64,000 nucleotides of DNA from an uncultured Nitrososphaerota archaeon (lineage in GTDB: Archaea; Thermoproteota; Nitrososphaeria; Nitrososphaerales; Gagatemarchaeaceae): the NCBI GenBank assembly GCA_963718895.1, contig CAVRAG010000008.1:640001-704000 (forward strand), given 5' to 3'. Under the pieces are notes generated by a model that made no database searches, had not been told where the DNA came from, and was given only the letters and a program-made list of their open reading frames with translations. This document shows positions 37,274-47,808 of the stretch, piece after piece (position 1 is the stretch's first letter; every line of letters starts with the position of its first letter). Both the position numbers and the translations under genes were made by a program.

Positions 37274-38969
37274 TGCGGAACCACGACGTCGCCGAGCTGC
37301 TGGAGAGGCTCTCCCTGCTCTCGGAGGCGAGTGGCGAAGACAGGTTCAAGGCGATAGCGTACAGGAGGGCCGCGACGAGCGTAAAGAACCTGGGCGAGGA
37401 CATCGACGAGGTCCGAAAGCGCGGAGAACTGACCCAGATACAGTACATCGGTGAGGGCATCGCGAAGAAGATCGACGAGTATCTAAGGACTGGCAAGCTC
37501 GAGTTCCTGGACAGGCTCGAGAAGCAGGTCCCAGAAGGGACTCTCGAGCTGATGCAGGTGCCTGGCGTCGGGCCCCGGACCGCTCACAAGCTGTCGAAGG
37601 AGTATGGAGTGAGGAGCGTGGCTCAGCTCAGGGCCGAGCTGGGACGGGCAAGCTCAACGGACGCTCTGGGCGAGGTGATGGCCAAGAGAATCCTCGAGTC
37701 GGTCGAGAAGATGAAGACCGGACAGTCGCGGATGCTCCTGGTCGAGGCGGTCTATCTCTCCCGGGACCTTGTGGGCTACTTCGGGAGCCACGGACTGAAG
37801 GTAGACGTTGCCGGCAGCCTCCGAAGGGGTAAGAGCACGATAGGCGACCTCGACATCCTCTCAAGCGATGGCGAGGCGGCGGAGCGGCTAGTGGGATATC
37901 CCGGGGTGGACAGGGTCATCGAGAGGGGACCGACGAGGACGAGCGTCTTCCTGAAGAGCGGAGTCCAGGTCGACGTGCGGGTCCTCGCGAAGGAAGGAGT
38001 ACGGGGCAGCGCCTCCTCTACTTCACCGGCTCGAAGGAGCACAACATCATCCTGCGCAACCTCGCGATCGAGAAGGGCTGGAAGCTGAACGAGTACGGGC
38101 TCTTCGAGACGAAGACGGGCGAAGGGTCGCCGGGAAGAGCGAGACGGAAATCTACAGGAAGCTCGGGCTCGAGTTCATCCCGCCAGAGCTGAGGGAGGCG
38201 ACAGGGGAGGTAGAGGCTGCGAGAGAGGGAAGGCTTCCTCGCCTTGATCGAGGCGGGCGACCTCAGGGGAGACCTCCAGATGCACAGCACCTGGAGCGAC
38301 GGCGCCGACGAGCTGGAGCAGATGGCGAGGGCGGCGAAGGCGAAGGGATACGAGTACATCGCCGTTCACCGACCACTCGTTCTCGGTGGGGGTCGCGAAC
38401 GGCCTCTCCGAGGAGCGGTTCAGGAGGCAGTGGAAGGCGATAGACGACCTGAACGACGAGCTGAAGCCGTTCAGGATACTGAAGGGCGGTCGAGGCCGAG
38501 GTGAGGTCGGACGGAAGCCTCGACTACGACCGCCCTTTCTTCGAGAACTTCGACATGGTCGGCGCGTCAATCCATCAGGCCTACAGGCAGAGCCCCGAGA
38601 AGCTGACGGACAGGGCGGTCAAGGCACTGACCCATCCCTCGCGTCGACGTTCTCTTCCATCCCACGAACAGGCTCATCGGAAAGAGGGAGGGGAACCCGA
38701 TCGACCTTCCGAAGGTCATCGCTACGGCGAAGGACAACGGGAAGATGCTCGAGATCGACGGATCGCCGATGAGGCTCGACCTCGACGAGGTCTGGGCGAG
38801 GAAGGCGATGGAGGAGGGAGTGACGCTCCTCATCGACTCCGACGCTCACAGCACGGGCGAGCTCGAGAACGTCGAGTACGGCACGATAGTGGCCAGGAGG
38901 GCCTGGATGGAGAAGAAGAATGTCGCGAACACGCATACTCTCAAGGGTCTGATGAGGAAACTCGCATAG
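37273..38969 (+). pseudogene. polX: DNA polymerase X/PHP (PolX) broken by about 7 frameshifts, possibly sequencing errors
   Basis: AYRRAA, GVGP, GSLRR...[45 protein letters not shown] and DSDAH distributed over successive frames. Confidence 0.88.
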
Positions 38970-39059
38970 CTTCGAAACCCCCCTCTCGTAATCTGGCTGC
39001 CCGTGCAATTTCGCTGGGCCTCGTTTTCTGCATCTACTCTACGTACTACTGCACTCGCG

Positions 39060-39895
39060 CTAAGATGAGCGAGGTTTCTTCCAAGGGATAAGCATGAACC
39101 TGGCTATTTGCTTCTTCCATAGAGTGTTGCTTCTAGCCAGAACGTAAAGATCGAAACAATCCTTTTGCGCGTGAATCTTCGATCCTGGGTAGTCTTCATT
39201 TGCTTTCCTCTTGTAAATTGAGACCTCTATCCCGTAAAGAACCCCCATCGCTTCCGCAATCCTGTCAAGAAGAAAGAGATTCGAGTTGTAGAGATGCGCT
39301 CTGACAGTTCAATTCACCTCACGATAGATGCCGCCGTCGGCATCCCAGAATCCAGCGATTAGACAACGCGCGTATCTTGAGGAATCGAGAACGAAATCAA
39401 CATTCTGCCAGATCCGGGCCCCCTTTGGCGAACAGATAGCTCTTGACAAGACTGTCGAGTTACATCGAATAAGTAGCGCGCCGTTCCTTGGCACGATAAA
39501 GACGCTTCCGAAACTGCCGAGTACAGACCTAACTAACGGCTCAATGAACCTCTGTTCACGTTCTGAGACAATGGGATCTATCTCTCTCTTGTTGGTATAC
39601 CCGTCCCCGAGGACCCATCCCAGAGTATACGCCAATTCCGCGGTCAACCTGACTTGATGTTTGACAATTGACACACCGTTCTCCATCACAATTCGGGGAT
39701 GAAGGGGCGTCTCAATACTAGTTCAGTCATGATCGTCGGAGTTACTTGTGGCCGAGCTTCAACCCCAGAACGACGGAGCGTGCTGGCCACCGAACTACTG
39801 GAAATTCCCAGCTTTCGGGCAATCGAATCCCTGGACAAGCCTTCCTCAAGGTAAAGTCGCTTAACGGTTCTAGTTGGCACCACGACGCCTTTCAT
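39060..39895 (-). pseudogene. Degenerate HTH-LAGLIDADG endonuclease
   Basis: HTH (RLYLEEGLSRDSIARKLG), frameshift near 39690-39720, LGWVLGDG and IAGFWDADG, in-frame TGA at 39309-39311, then the frame continues (HLYNSNLFLL...) to 39060; AT-rich. Confidence 0.8.
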
Positions 39896-39915
39896 CGACC
39901 TAGAAGAGTCAATTC

Positions 39916-39923
39916 TTAATTAA
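39916..39923. promoter_or_regulatory. Palindromic TATA element between divergent tRNA-Leu and LAGLIDADG genes
   Basis: TTAATTAA, 23 nt before the tRNA start and 20 nt before the - strand ATG. Confidence 0.5.
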
Positions 39924-39946
39924 ACGCCAATAGGGAGGACGCGATT

Positions 39947-40056
39947 GCGGGGGTAGCTAAGCCTGGTCAACAGCTTGGGACTTAAGCACGTATCGGATAG
40001 CTCGTTGAGATATCCCATCCCCTAGGGGTTCGTGGGTTCGAATCCCACCCCCCGCA
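39947..40056 (+). tRNA. tRNA-Leu(TAA) with 25-nt BHB intron (39987-40011)
   Basis: Acceptor GCGGGGG/CCCCCGC, discriminator A, stem TGGGA/TCCCA, variable arm CCCC-TA-GGGG, canonical bulge-helix-bulge (CTTA/TGAG; ACG/CGT). Confidence 0.95.
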
Positions 40057-40157
40057 CACAACCACGATTCGCGCGGCGCCGCGACACTCCCGTCGGGATA
40101 CCCCGTGGCAGGAAGGTATATCCCCCATCGAACTAGAGAATCTCAGGAAGGCGAGCA

Positions 40158-41042
40158 GTGTTGAGCAAACTGGAAGAGAACTGGATAGCCGGCAAGACGT
40201 GCATGATTACCGGGAGCAATTCGGGAATAGGGAAGGCGACGGCGGTAGCTCTCGCGGGGATGGGGGCGTCTGTCATCATGGTCTGCAGGGATAGGACGAA
40301 GGGGGAGGCGGCGAGGCGGGACGTAATCGCAAAGAGCGGAGCGAAGGAAGAGGGCGTGTCGCTGATGTTGGCCGACCTCGCCTCGCTTAGCTCAGTGCGG
40401 CAGCTAGCAAACGACTTCCTGAGCAGGAATCAGAGGCTTCATGTGCTGATAAACAACGCAGGCTTGATTCTGGGCGAACGGACAGTGACCCAGGATGGGT
40501 TCGAGACGACCTTCGAGGTGAACTACCTCTCTCACTTCCTACTGACGAATCTCCTGCTTGACGCAATCCGGGGAGCTGCCCCCTCGAGGATAATCAACGT
40601 CAGTTCTGACGCACATCTGAGTGGACACATCGACTTTGACGACCTCCAGGGGGAGAAGAAGTACGGGGCCACCAGGTCCTATTCCCAATCCAAGCTTGCC
40701 CAGGTCCTTTTCACTCGCGAACTTGCCAGAAGACTGCAGGGGACCGGCGTGACCGTGAACTGCCTTCACCCCGGGGTCGTGGCCACGAACTGGGGACGCC
40801 ATGCCGTGGGGGCGATGAGCCTGGGGATCAGGCTGGCCAGTCCTTTCATGGCCAGTCCCGAGAAGGGTGCCTCGATCTCAATCTTCCTTGCTTCCTCGCC
40901 GGAGGTGGCAGGCGTGACTGGCAAGTACTTCGCCAAGAAGAGAGAGACGAACTCATCCGCCGAGTCCAAAGACGACGCCGAAGCGCTCAAACTGTGGAAC
41001 GTCAGCCTCGCCCTGGCGGGCGTTCCTGCCGGCGCAGCGTGA
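40158..41042 (+). CDS. SDR oxidoreductase (retinol dehydrogenase-like)
   Basis: TGSNSGIG, NNAG, NVSS, YSQSK, HPGVV. Confidence 0.94.
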   Translation: MLSKLEENWIAGKTCMITGSNSGIGKATAVALAGMGASVIMVCRDRTKGEAARRDVIAKSGAKEEGVSLMLADLASLSSVRQLANDFLSRNQRLHVLINNAGLILGERTVTQDGFETTFEVNYLSHFLLTNLLLDAIRGAAPSRIINVSSDAHLSGHIDFDDLQGEKKYGATRSYSQSKLAQVLFTRELARRLQGTGVTVNCLHPGVVATNWGRHAVGAMSLGIRLASPFMASPEKGASISIFLASSPEVAGVTGKYFAKKRETNSSAESKDDAEALKLWNVSLALAGVPAGAA

Positions 41043-41057
41043 ACGCGAGGCGGCCGC

Positions 41058-44000
41058 TCAGAAAGCCGAGGGCGCCGGTGATAGGCTGGGCTCGGCGCGC
41101 GGCCCGTTCTTCCTGAGCAGCGCGATGGTCGCGACGACAAGGGCCACGACGATTGCGAGAACGAGCACGTACACCAGGTTGGTCAGGGTCCGGAGGTTGT
41201 TCATCATCGAGCTTATCGTGCTCTGGTCAGAGCTCAGCTGAGAGTTGAGGTTCCCAATCGTGCCGTTCGCCGACGACACCTGGGAGGTCAGGGAACCGAT
41301 GGAGCTGTTGACCATCGCAAGCTTGCCCTCGGAGCTGAAGCCGATTGTCGTCGAGGCAGACATTCCGTCCAGCTGCTCTGCGACGACTCGGAGAGAGTGG
41401 ACGCCCACAGAAAGCGATGCCGAGTCCAGCGGGAACGTGTAGGAGGACGAGCCTCCGCTCAGCGTCGTCAGCTGCTTTCCGTCCAAGAAGACCGACACCG
41501 AGGTGATCTGCTGTCCGGTCACCGTGAGACTCCCCACCGTACCGTTGTAGTTCTCGTTCTGCGCAGGCGACTGGACGGAAATTATAGGGATCGAGGGAGA
41601 GATCTGTAGAACTGTCGAATCGTTCAGAGAGACTGTGGAGGCGGTGAGCTTCAGCGAGCCGAGGGTGGTCTGCTGCACCGACAGCTTGCTGTTCTGGGCG
41701 ACTATCGACCCGCCCGAAACCCCGCTGAGGGTGACGGAGGCGTCACTCAGAATCAGCGTTCCCTCGATCTGTGAGGACGATATGGTGAAAGTCCCGCCCT
41801 CGACCGTGGTCGAACCCAGGAAGAGGTCGCCTGTGAGGGTCTGGGAGCCGGAGATCGTGTCGTTCACGAAGGCGGTCTGGGAGGTCTGAGCGAGGGAAGA
41901 AAGGTGCTGGCCGGCGAGGTACAGGTAGGGCTGCACCACGAGACCCTGCTGGGTCGAGATATCTGTCGACGAGGGAACGCCGTCGGCGGAGAGCCCTGAG
42001 ACGAATATCTCGTACGGGCCGCTCAAGTAGAGCGCCCCTGGGTCTATCGACACCGTCCCGCCCGAGTTGTAAGCCGAGGGGAGGGTCACGTTCCCCGACC
42101 AGAGCCCGGTGACGGCGTCATACCAGAGCGGAACCTGTATGGTCTGGGTGAGTGCGTTGTACGAGTTCTGGAGGTCTTTGGGATAGACGGCGGCCGAGTA
42201 CATTCCGTACTTCACACTGCTCCCGTTCGCGTAGTCTATCTTCGCAGAGACTCCAACCACCTGTCCCTCGAAGAGAGTCGGAGAAGATACCGTGATGCTC
42301 GGGCTGGACTCCGAGGGCCCGACGTAGACTTGGCCGAAGTAGTACCCGTCAATGGTCTTGCCCAGCGTGTACGAGTCGAAGGACGAGCGCATAATGACGT
42401 CGTAGAGGCCTGGCGCTGTGCCGCGAGGAACCGTCAATGCGCCCTGAATTCCTTGGACCGTCGAGAGGAAGCTGTTCTCGTAGATCGGCTCGATCGCCAC
42501 TGTCTTCCCGGACTGGCTGACAAGGGAGACGGTGACGTTCGACCCGACCTCGATGTCATAGTAGACCGGGAGACCAGTCTCCAGCGACAGGACATCAGGT
42601 ACGTTTGCCGGCGCGGCCAAGGTCGCGAGGACGAACAGAGACTGGCCGGGAGCGACGACGCCGGGCTCGGCCAAGACCGAGGTCTCGATGAAGGTCGACT
42701 GCATCCCGACCCCGTTTATGAAAGGCAGGTAGCCGTAGACTCCGTCGTTTCCGCTGAAGACCATGGGGCCATCGGCGTAGGCTCCCAGGAGCGTCCCGCT
42801 CCAGAAGCTCCCGATCGCGCCGCTGGTCTTGCCAGCCAGGGTCGCCGCCTTCGCGTAGGTGTTGGAGGCCAACGAGTACGTGGAGGCGGTGAAACTGAAG
42901 GTGGCAGGACCCGCAGGCGTACCGTCAAGGGCCGTGATGTTCGCGACCAGCAGGATGCCGAACTGCGAGTCGTATGGCGCGTCCGGCGAGGGCGTGGTGA
43001 AGTCTGCCAGATAGCCGGTGAAGACACCCGCGAAGCCGGTCCCGGAGACTCCTCCCGAACTCCCGATCACGGTGATGTACGCAAGCCCTGATGCGTTCTG
43101 CGGGGACACTAGCTGACCAACCCAGGACCCGCTCGAGGAGCTGAACGTGAGAGGGACCTTTGCGAGGGTTCCCGTCAGCGTATCCAGCTCTGCGCTGAAG
43201 CTTCCGGTGGAGACCGCCGATGGCCCACTAGCGACGGTCGCGCTCACGGCGAGGGTCGCTCCCGGCATGACATCGGAAGGAGGAAGACCGTTCTCGGTCA
43301 CGGTGACGTTGACCGCCAGGGCCTTCGTGGAGACCGCGCCGAGGCCGTAGTGTGCCATCTCGCCGATGTTGGGGGCGCCCCAACCCGTCGCCATGTTGTA
43401 GCCTGGTTGCGAGACCCATGGGATGATGTATCCGAACGTGATCGGATGGTAGACCTTCGGGTACACCGAGGGGCTCTGGGCGAGGGCGTAGAGGCTGGGG
43501 TTGATCAGGCCAAGCTCCGATCTGGCCGACGCCATGAGCAGCGTGAGCAGTCCAGCTAGGAGGGGTGAGGCCTCGCTCGTTCCTCCGGACACCTCTGTCA
43601 AGTTTCCGGGGACGACCACGGTCACTCCGGGATAGACGTTGGCGTTGAGCGAGAGGTCGGGAACCTCCCTGCCCTGGGCGAACCCGGAGGGGGCCGTGAG
43701 CCCCGCCTGGTACCACGGCAACGGCTCGAGGTCGCTCACGCCACCCGTTCCTCCTCCGTAGTTTACACCGGCGGGGACGAAGCCGTAGTTCGACCACGCC
43801 GTCTGATCGAAGGACGAGACCCGCGACCCGTCGAACGTCAGGTAGGTCGTCGTCCCGCCGACCGCGACGACATAGGGAGAGGTCGAGGGATAGCCCACCG
43901 TGCCCTCCGGCCCGCCGGCGTATCCGCTGCCTCCGACGTCTCCCGTCGACGAGATGAACGTGATGCCCTCTGCGGAGCCGAGCATGTAGTATTGATCAGT

Positions 44001-45134
44001 CAACACGATGTTGAGGTCGAACGAGCTCGCTGTGACGGAGGAGAGCGTGGACTCTGGGAAGCCGAAACTCTGCGAGAGGTCCCCGACCTTGTCCTGGGCA
44101 ACTATCGCCGCGATCGCCGCTGAGAGCGGGAGCGCGCCGTTGGCGACGTAGAGGTCGATGGTCGCCCCGGGGGCCATCGTGTGGGCGGACTCCACGTCCA
44201 GGCTGATCTCAGGCGCCCATCCCTCCGCTGTGCCCAGGCTAGGGTTGTACGCTTCGATCGGAATGACGTTCAGGGGGGAGTTGGGCAGGCCGTACAGCAG
44301 ATCAAAGTAGGCCAGCTGCTGCGCGATATAGGGATCGCCGTAGAAGTCGAGTATCCCAGCGGTGTAGCCCTTCCCGGTGTCCCCCTTCGAGTAGAGCGAG
44401 GTAGCGTTGTAGACGGACTGGAGGTCCGTCAGAGGGTAGGCCTCACCAGGTGCGGTCTGGTTGCTCTCCGAGGACCTCGAGTCGAGGGCCGAGACCATCT
44501 TCTGCGTCACAAGGTCTGGAGGACGGCTGAGAAGGACGGCGGTAACGTTCGAGGCATCGACGTACGCTCCGGGGATGGGGGAGACGCCGGACGCGCTGTA
44601 GTACGAGCTCGTGCCGTTCGAGTACAGCTCGAATCTCAGACCCATGGTCTGAGACACCTGGGACGCGGTTCCCTCGGCCGTGATGATCGAGTCGAGGCTG
44701 CTGCTCATGACCTTGAGGCCTCGCTGCTCGAGGTAGGCGAGGGCCGCTTCGTATTGCGAGGTGGGCAGGAAACTCTGGACCTGGGCCTGTGAGAGGAACT
44801 GGTGGTAGAGTGGCGAGCCTGGCATGGAGATCTGCTGGGTGAGGTACTCGAGAGACTGCACGTTCTGCAGGGGAATCCCCACGGTCACGATCACCGGAGT
44901 CGAGGGTGAGAGAAGACCCGCAGGTCTGTAGCCCGCGAGGAGGGTAGGCTTAACCTGCGCCGGGATGGGAGCAGACAAGGCTCCGGGGCTCGCCGGCGTG
45001 GCCTCGGCGGAGCCGTGCACCGGAATCGAGACTATCAGGGAGAGCGCGAGAAGGAAGACCACCAGCGACGAGAGGAAGAACGCTCGGAGACGCTTCTCGC
45101 CGGGAGGAATCAACGGCGTTTTGAGCCAGGCCAC
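41058..45134 (-). CDS. Membrane-anchored S53 (sedolisin/kumamolisin) peptidase with pro-domain
   Basis: Signal/TM, pro-domain (PGSPLYHQFLS), EISLDVE, STGD, GGTSEASP, YNMATGWG; long C-terminal extension, coiled coil and TM. Confidence 0.92.
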   Translation of the reverse strand: MAWLKTPLIPPGEKRLRAFFLSSLVVFLLALSLIVSIPVHGSAEATPASPGALSAPIPAQVKPTLLAGYRPAGLLSPSTPVIVTVGIPLQNVQSLEYLTQQISMPGSPLYHQFLSQAQVQSFLPTSQYEAALAYLEQRGLKVMSSSLDSIITAEGTASQVSQTMGLRFELYSNGTSSYYSASGVSPIPGAYVDASNVTAVLLSRPPDLVTQKMVSALDSRSSESNQTAPGEAYPLTDLQSVYNATSLYSKGDTGKGYTAGILDFYGDPYIAQQLAYFDLLYGLPNSPLNVIPIEAYNPSLGTAEGWAPEISLDVESAHTMAPGATIDLYVANGALPLSAAIAAIVAQDKVGDLSQSFGFPESTLSSVTASSFDLNIVLTDQYYMLGSAEGITFISSTGDVGGSGYAGGPEGTVGYPSTSPYVVAVGGTTTYLTFDGSRVSSFDQTAWSNYGFVPAGVNYGGGTGGVSDLEPLPWYQAGLTAPSGFAQGREVPDLSLNANVYPGVTVVVPGNLTEVSGGTSEASPLLAGLLTLLMASARSELGLINPSLYALAQSPSVYPKVYHPITFGYIIPWVSQPGYNMATGWGAPNIGEMAHYGLGAVSTKALAVNVTVTENGLPPSDVMPGATLAVSATVASGPSAVSTGSFSAELDTLTGTLAKVPLTFSSSSGSWVGQLVSPQNASGLAYITVIGSSGGVSGTGFAGVFTGYLADFTTPSPDAPYDSQFGILLVANITALDGTPAGPATFSFTASTYSLASNTYAKAATLAGKTSGAIGSFWSGTLLGAYADGPMVFSGNDGVYGYLPFINGVGMQSTFIETSVLAEPGVVAPGQSLFVLATLAAPANVPDVLSLETGLPVYYDIEVGSNVTVSLVSQSGKTVAIEPIYENSFLSTVQGIQGALTVPRGTAPGLYDVIMRSSFDSYTLGKTIDGYYFGQVYVGPSESSPSITVSSPTLFEGQVVGVSAKIDYANGSSVKYGMYSAAVYPKDLQNSYNALTQTIQVPLWYDAVTGLWSGNVTLPSAYNSGGTVSIDPGALYLSGPYEIFVSGLSADGVPSSTDISTQQGLVVQPYLYLAGQHLSSLAQTSQTAFVNDTISGSQTLTGDLFLGSTTVEGGTFTISSSQIEGTLILSDASVTLSGVSGGSIVAQNSKLSVQQTTLGSLKLTASTVSLNDSTVLQISPSIPIISVQSPAQNENYNGTVGSLTVTGQQITSVSVFLDGKQLTTLSGGSSSYTFPLDSASLSVGVHSLRVVAEQLDGMSASTTIGFSSEGKLAMVNSSIGSLTSQVSSANGTIGNLNSQLSSDQSTISSMMNNLRTLTNLVYVLVLAIVVALVVATIALLRKNGPRAEPSLSPAPSAF

Positions 45135-45203
45135 GTTATTTAAGTCTCAGTCCAATTGTCACTTTGCATGACCACGGCACCGGGCCGCTGCAGACCCGGC
45201 TGG

Positions 45204-46394
45204 TCACCCGACGGTCGAGATGTCGTATCTGCTCTTCAGAAGCCTACCCGAACTGAACCGGTTCAGCCCGAAGACCGAGACGTCGTAGTCTGAGAACCGC
45301 CCGTCGATGACGAGCGAGGCCATGAGCCTGCCGAACTCGGGACACAGTTTGAACCCGTGCCCGCTGAGACCAACCAGGCAGTGGACTCCCGGATAGCCAT
45401 AGCCGGAGAGCTCGTCGATGATCGGCTGCTGGTCTGGGGTGTTGTCGTAGAGACCGCTGTACCCGCGCTCGTACTTCCCCCTCGACGCCATGACGGGGTA
45501 GAGCCCCGCCGTCCACTCGGAGTACTTCTGGACCTCTTCGAAAGTCACTCCCTCATTGTAATCGTCGGGGTCAGCGGCGGCGCTTGACGCGTCGAGCTGC
45601 GCCTCCATCGACCCGACAAAGAGCAGGTCTCTCCCCTCGGCCTTGCAGTAGGCTGAACGGGTGAAGTCGAAGACGGCTGGACGGGTCCCCTGGAACTCAT
45701 CTGGGCGCCCGAAGATCGCGACGGGGTGCCTGACCGGCTTGATCGGCACCGTAATCCCCAAGGCTTCGAAGATTGGGCCGGACCAGACTCCCGTGGCGAG
45801 CACGACCTTGCGCGCCTGCACCTCGCCGGCGGTCGTTTGGAGCGAGTACCCGTCGCCGGCCTTGCTGACATTGAGCAGGAAGGTCCCCGTCAGCACTCTG
45901 CCTCCGAGGGTAGCGGCCGCCGCCGCGAACGAGCCCGCAGTCGTGGATGGCTCTGCGTAGCCCATGTGCGGCTCGTAGACGACCGAGCTGAAACGGTCGG
46001 TGTCGAGAAGCGGCTCGATGCGCCTGGCCTCCTCCTTGTCCACGAAGTCCGACGTTATCCCCATCCGCCTGAACATCTCGAGGTTCTCGCGCACCAGCCC
46101 CTCCGAGCGTCCATCGACCCCTATCAGCAGCCCCGTCTCCCGGTATCCGGCGGTGTGTCCGGGGAGGACCTCACCGAAATCTCTGAAGAAGCGGTAGCTG
46201 AGCAGTGCCATCTTCGCGACCACGGGGACGCTGTAGTGGGTCCTGACGAGAGCGGTGGATCGGCTGGTCTGTCCGGAGGCGATCCCCGCCCCCCTCTCGA
46301 TCAGGAGAGGGCTAGGCGAGCCTCGCTTGGCGAGGTGATAGAGGATGCTGGATCCGGTGGAACCCCCTCCGATCACGGCGACCTCTGTTCGCAT
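45204..46394 (-). CDS. FAD-dependent oxidoreductase (DAO/sarcosine oxidase beta-like)
   Basis: IGGGSTG, QTSRS, YDNTPDQQPII, GLSGHGFKL. Confidence 0.92.
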   Translation of the reverse strand: MRTEVAVIGGGSTGSSILYHLAKRGSPSPLLIERGAGIASGQTSRSTALVRTHYSVPVVAKMALLSYRFFRDFGEVLPGHTAGYRETGLLIGVDGRSEGLVRENLEMFRRMGITSDFVDKEEARRIEPLLDTDRFSSVVYEPHMGYAEPSTTAGSFAAAAATLGGRVLTGTFLLNVSKAGDGYSLQTTAGEVQARKVVLATGVWSGPIFEALGITVPIKPVRHPVAIFGRPDEFQGTRPAVFDFTRSAYCKAEGRDLLFVGSMEAQLDASSAAADPDDYNEGVTFEEVQKYSEWTAGLYPVMASRGKYERGYSGLYDNTPDQQPIIDELSGYGYPGVHCLVGLSGHGFKLCPEFGRLMASLVIDGRFSDYDVSVFGLNRFSSGRLLKSRYDISTVG

Positions 46395-46404
46395 GCGAGT
46401 CGCT

Positions 46405-47208
46405 CTAGGCGGGTATCGAGGCGGCTCTTGTCTGGTTGAAGATGTCGGAGGCTTCTTTGACGGTTGCGCCCTCGTGGACCAGGGACCTGACCCCCTTTAT
46501 CATCGCGACCGGGTGGTCGTTCTGCCAGATGTTCCTTCCCATGTCGACGCCGATTGCTCCCGCCTGGAGAGCGTCGTATGTGAGCTGGAACGCGTCCACC
46601 TCGGTGTTGAGTTTGGGACCGCCTGCGACGACAAGTGGAACGGGGCAGCCTTCGACCACTTTTGAGAATCCTTCGCAGTAGTACGTCTTGACGATGTGGG
46701 CGCCTATCTCGGCCGCTATCCTGCAGGCGAGGCCCAGGTACCTCGCGTCCCTCTTTTCGAGCTCCTTCCCCACGGCGGTGATCGCGACGACCGGCATCCC
46801 ACGTTCCTCTCCTTCGTCGACAAGCTTAGCGAGGTTCAGGAGGGTCTGCCTCTCGTGGGCGGTTCCGACGAAGATCGAGATCGAGACAGCAGAGGCGTTC
46901 AATCGCAGGGCGTCCTTCATCCGCACGGTTAGTCCCTCGTCGCTGAGGTCGTTCTGGAGCACGCTCGTGCCTCCGGAGACGCGGAGAAGTATGGGGACCT
47001 CCCAGGTGGGGTCGACCGACGTCCTGAGGACGCCCCTGGTGACCGAGAGCGCGTCGGCGTACGGTACGAGGGGCTCGAAGGTCCTCCGGGGGACCTCGAG
47101 CTTGCGCGTCGGACCCATGAAGTAGCCGTGATCGCAGGCGAGCATTACGGTCCGGCCGTCGGAAGGCTTGATCATCCGGGCAAGCCTGTTCTTTAGACCC
47201 CAGTCCAT
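46405..47208 (-). CDS. lsrF: 3-hydroxy-5-phosphonooxypentane-2,4-dione thiolase LsrF-like
   Basis: MDWGLKNRL, DHGYFMGPT, RDARYLGLACRIAAEIGA.IVKTYY, AGGPK, GVDMGRNIWQ. Confidence 0.88.
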   Translation of the reverse strand: MDWGLKNRLARMIKPSDGRTVMLACDHGYFMGPTRKLEVPRRTFEPLVPYADALSVTRGVLRTSVDPTWEVPILLRVSGGTSVLQNDLSDEGLTVRMKDALRLNASAVSISIFVGTAHERQTLLNLAKLVDEGEERGMPVVAITAVGKELEKRDARYLGLACRIAAEIGAHIVKTYYCEGFSKVVEGCPVPLVVAGGPKLNTEVDAFQLTYDALQAGAIGVDMGRNIWQNDHPVAMIKGVRSLVHEGATVKEASDIFNQTRAASIPA

Positions 47209-47307
47209 CTCTCCAATTACACCCTGGATGCGTTTCCAACGAGTACGTGATATACGTTATGCTTCTCCCATCAACGTTTAAAAAACCGCGGCAGAGAATT
47301 CGAAGCC

Positions 47308-47808
47308 ATGGCAGGGGCCAGAGCGAAGGTTCCACCGGGCATGAAGATCACCCAGGTGGCTGTCGTCGCCAAGGATCTGAGGAAGACGATGGAGAACTAC
47401 CACAGGGTCATGGGATGGAGGCCGTGGAGCGTCTACGAGCACAAGCCTCCGGTGCTCCATCATACCGAGGTGAGGGGAAAGCCCGTCCGCTACACCATGC
47501 TGGGCGCGGAGGTCCACTGCGACCCCATCGACTTTGAGATCCTGCAGCCGGTCGAGGGCCCGAGCATATACAAGGAGTTCCTCAGGGAGAAGGGAGAGGG
47601 CCTACACCACGTCTCGGTCGTGAACCCCGCCGAGGACGTCCACAGGGCTCTCTTGGAATTCAAGAAGGACGGGATAGAGGTCCTGATGAGCGGGAGGCTC
47701 GAGGGCATCGAGTTCTACTACATGGACACGGAACCAGTCCTGAAGATGGTCGCGGAGACGGTCAGCGGCCACGCGATCTCGCTAAAGCCGAGCTATACGT
47801 ATCCCTAG
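47308..47808 (+). CDS. VOC (glyoxalase/methylmalonyl-CoA epimerase-like) protein
   Basis: ITQVAVVAKDL, FEILQPVEGPSIYKEFL...GEGLHHV. Confidence 0.88.
   Translation: MAGARAKVPPGMKITQVAVVAKDLRKTMENYHRVMGWRPWSVYEHKPPVLHHTEVRGKPVRYTMLGAEVHCDPIDFEILQPVEGPSIYKEFLREKGEGLHHVSVVNPAEDVHRALLEFKKDGIEVLMSGRLEGIEFYYMDTEPVLKMVAETVSGHAISLKPSYTYP

Noticed and set aside
39309-39311. In-frame TGA as selenocysteine or read-through
   Set aside because: Not at a Cys-like catalytic position, no SECIS seen, and the gene has a second lesion; a nonsense mutation is simpler
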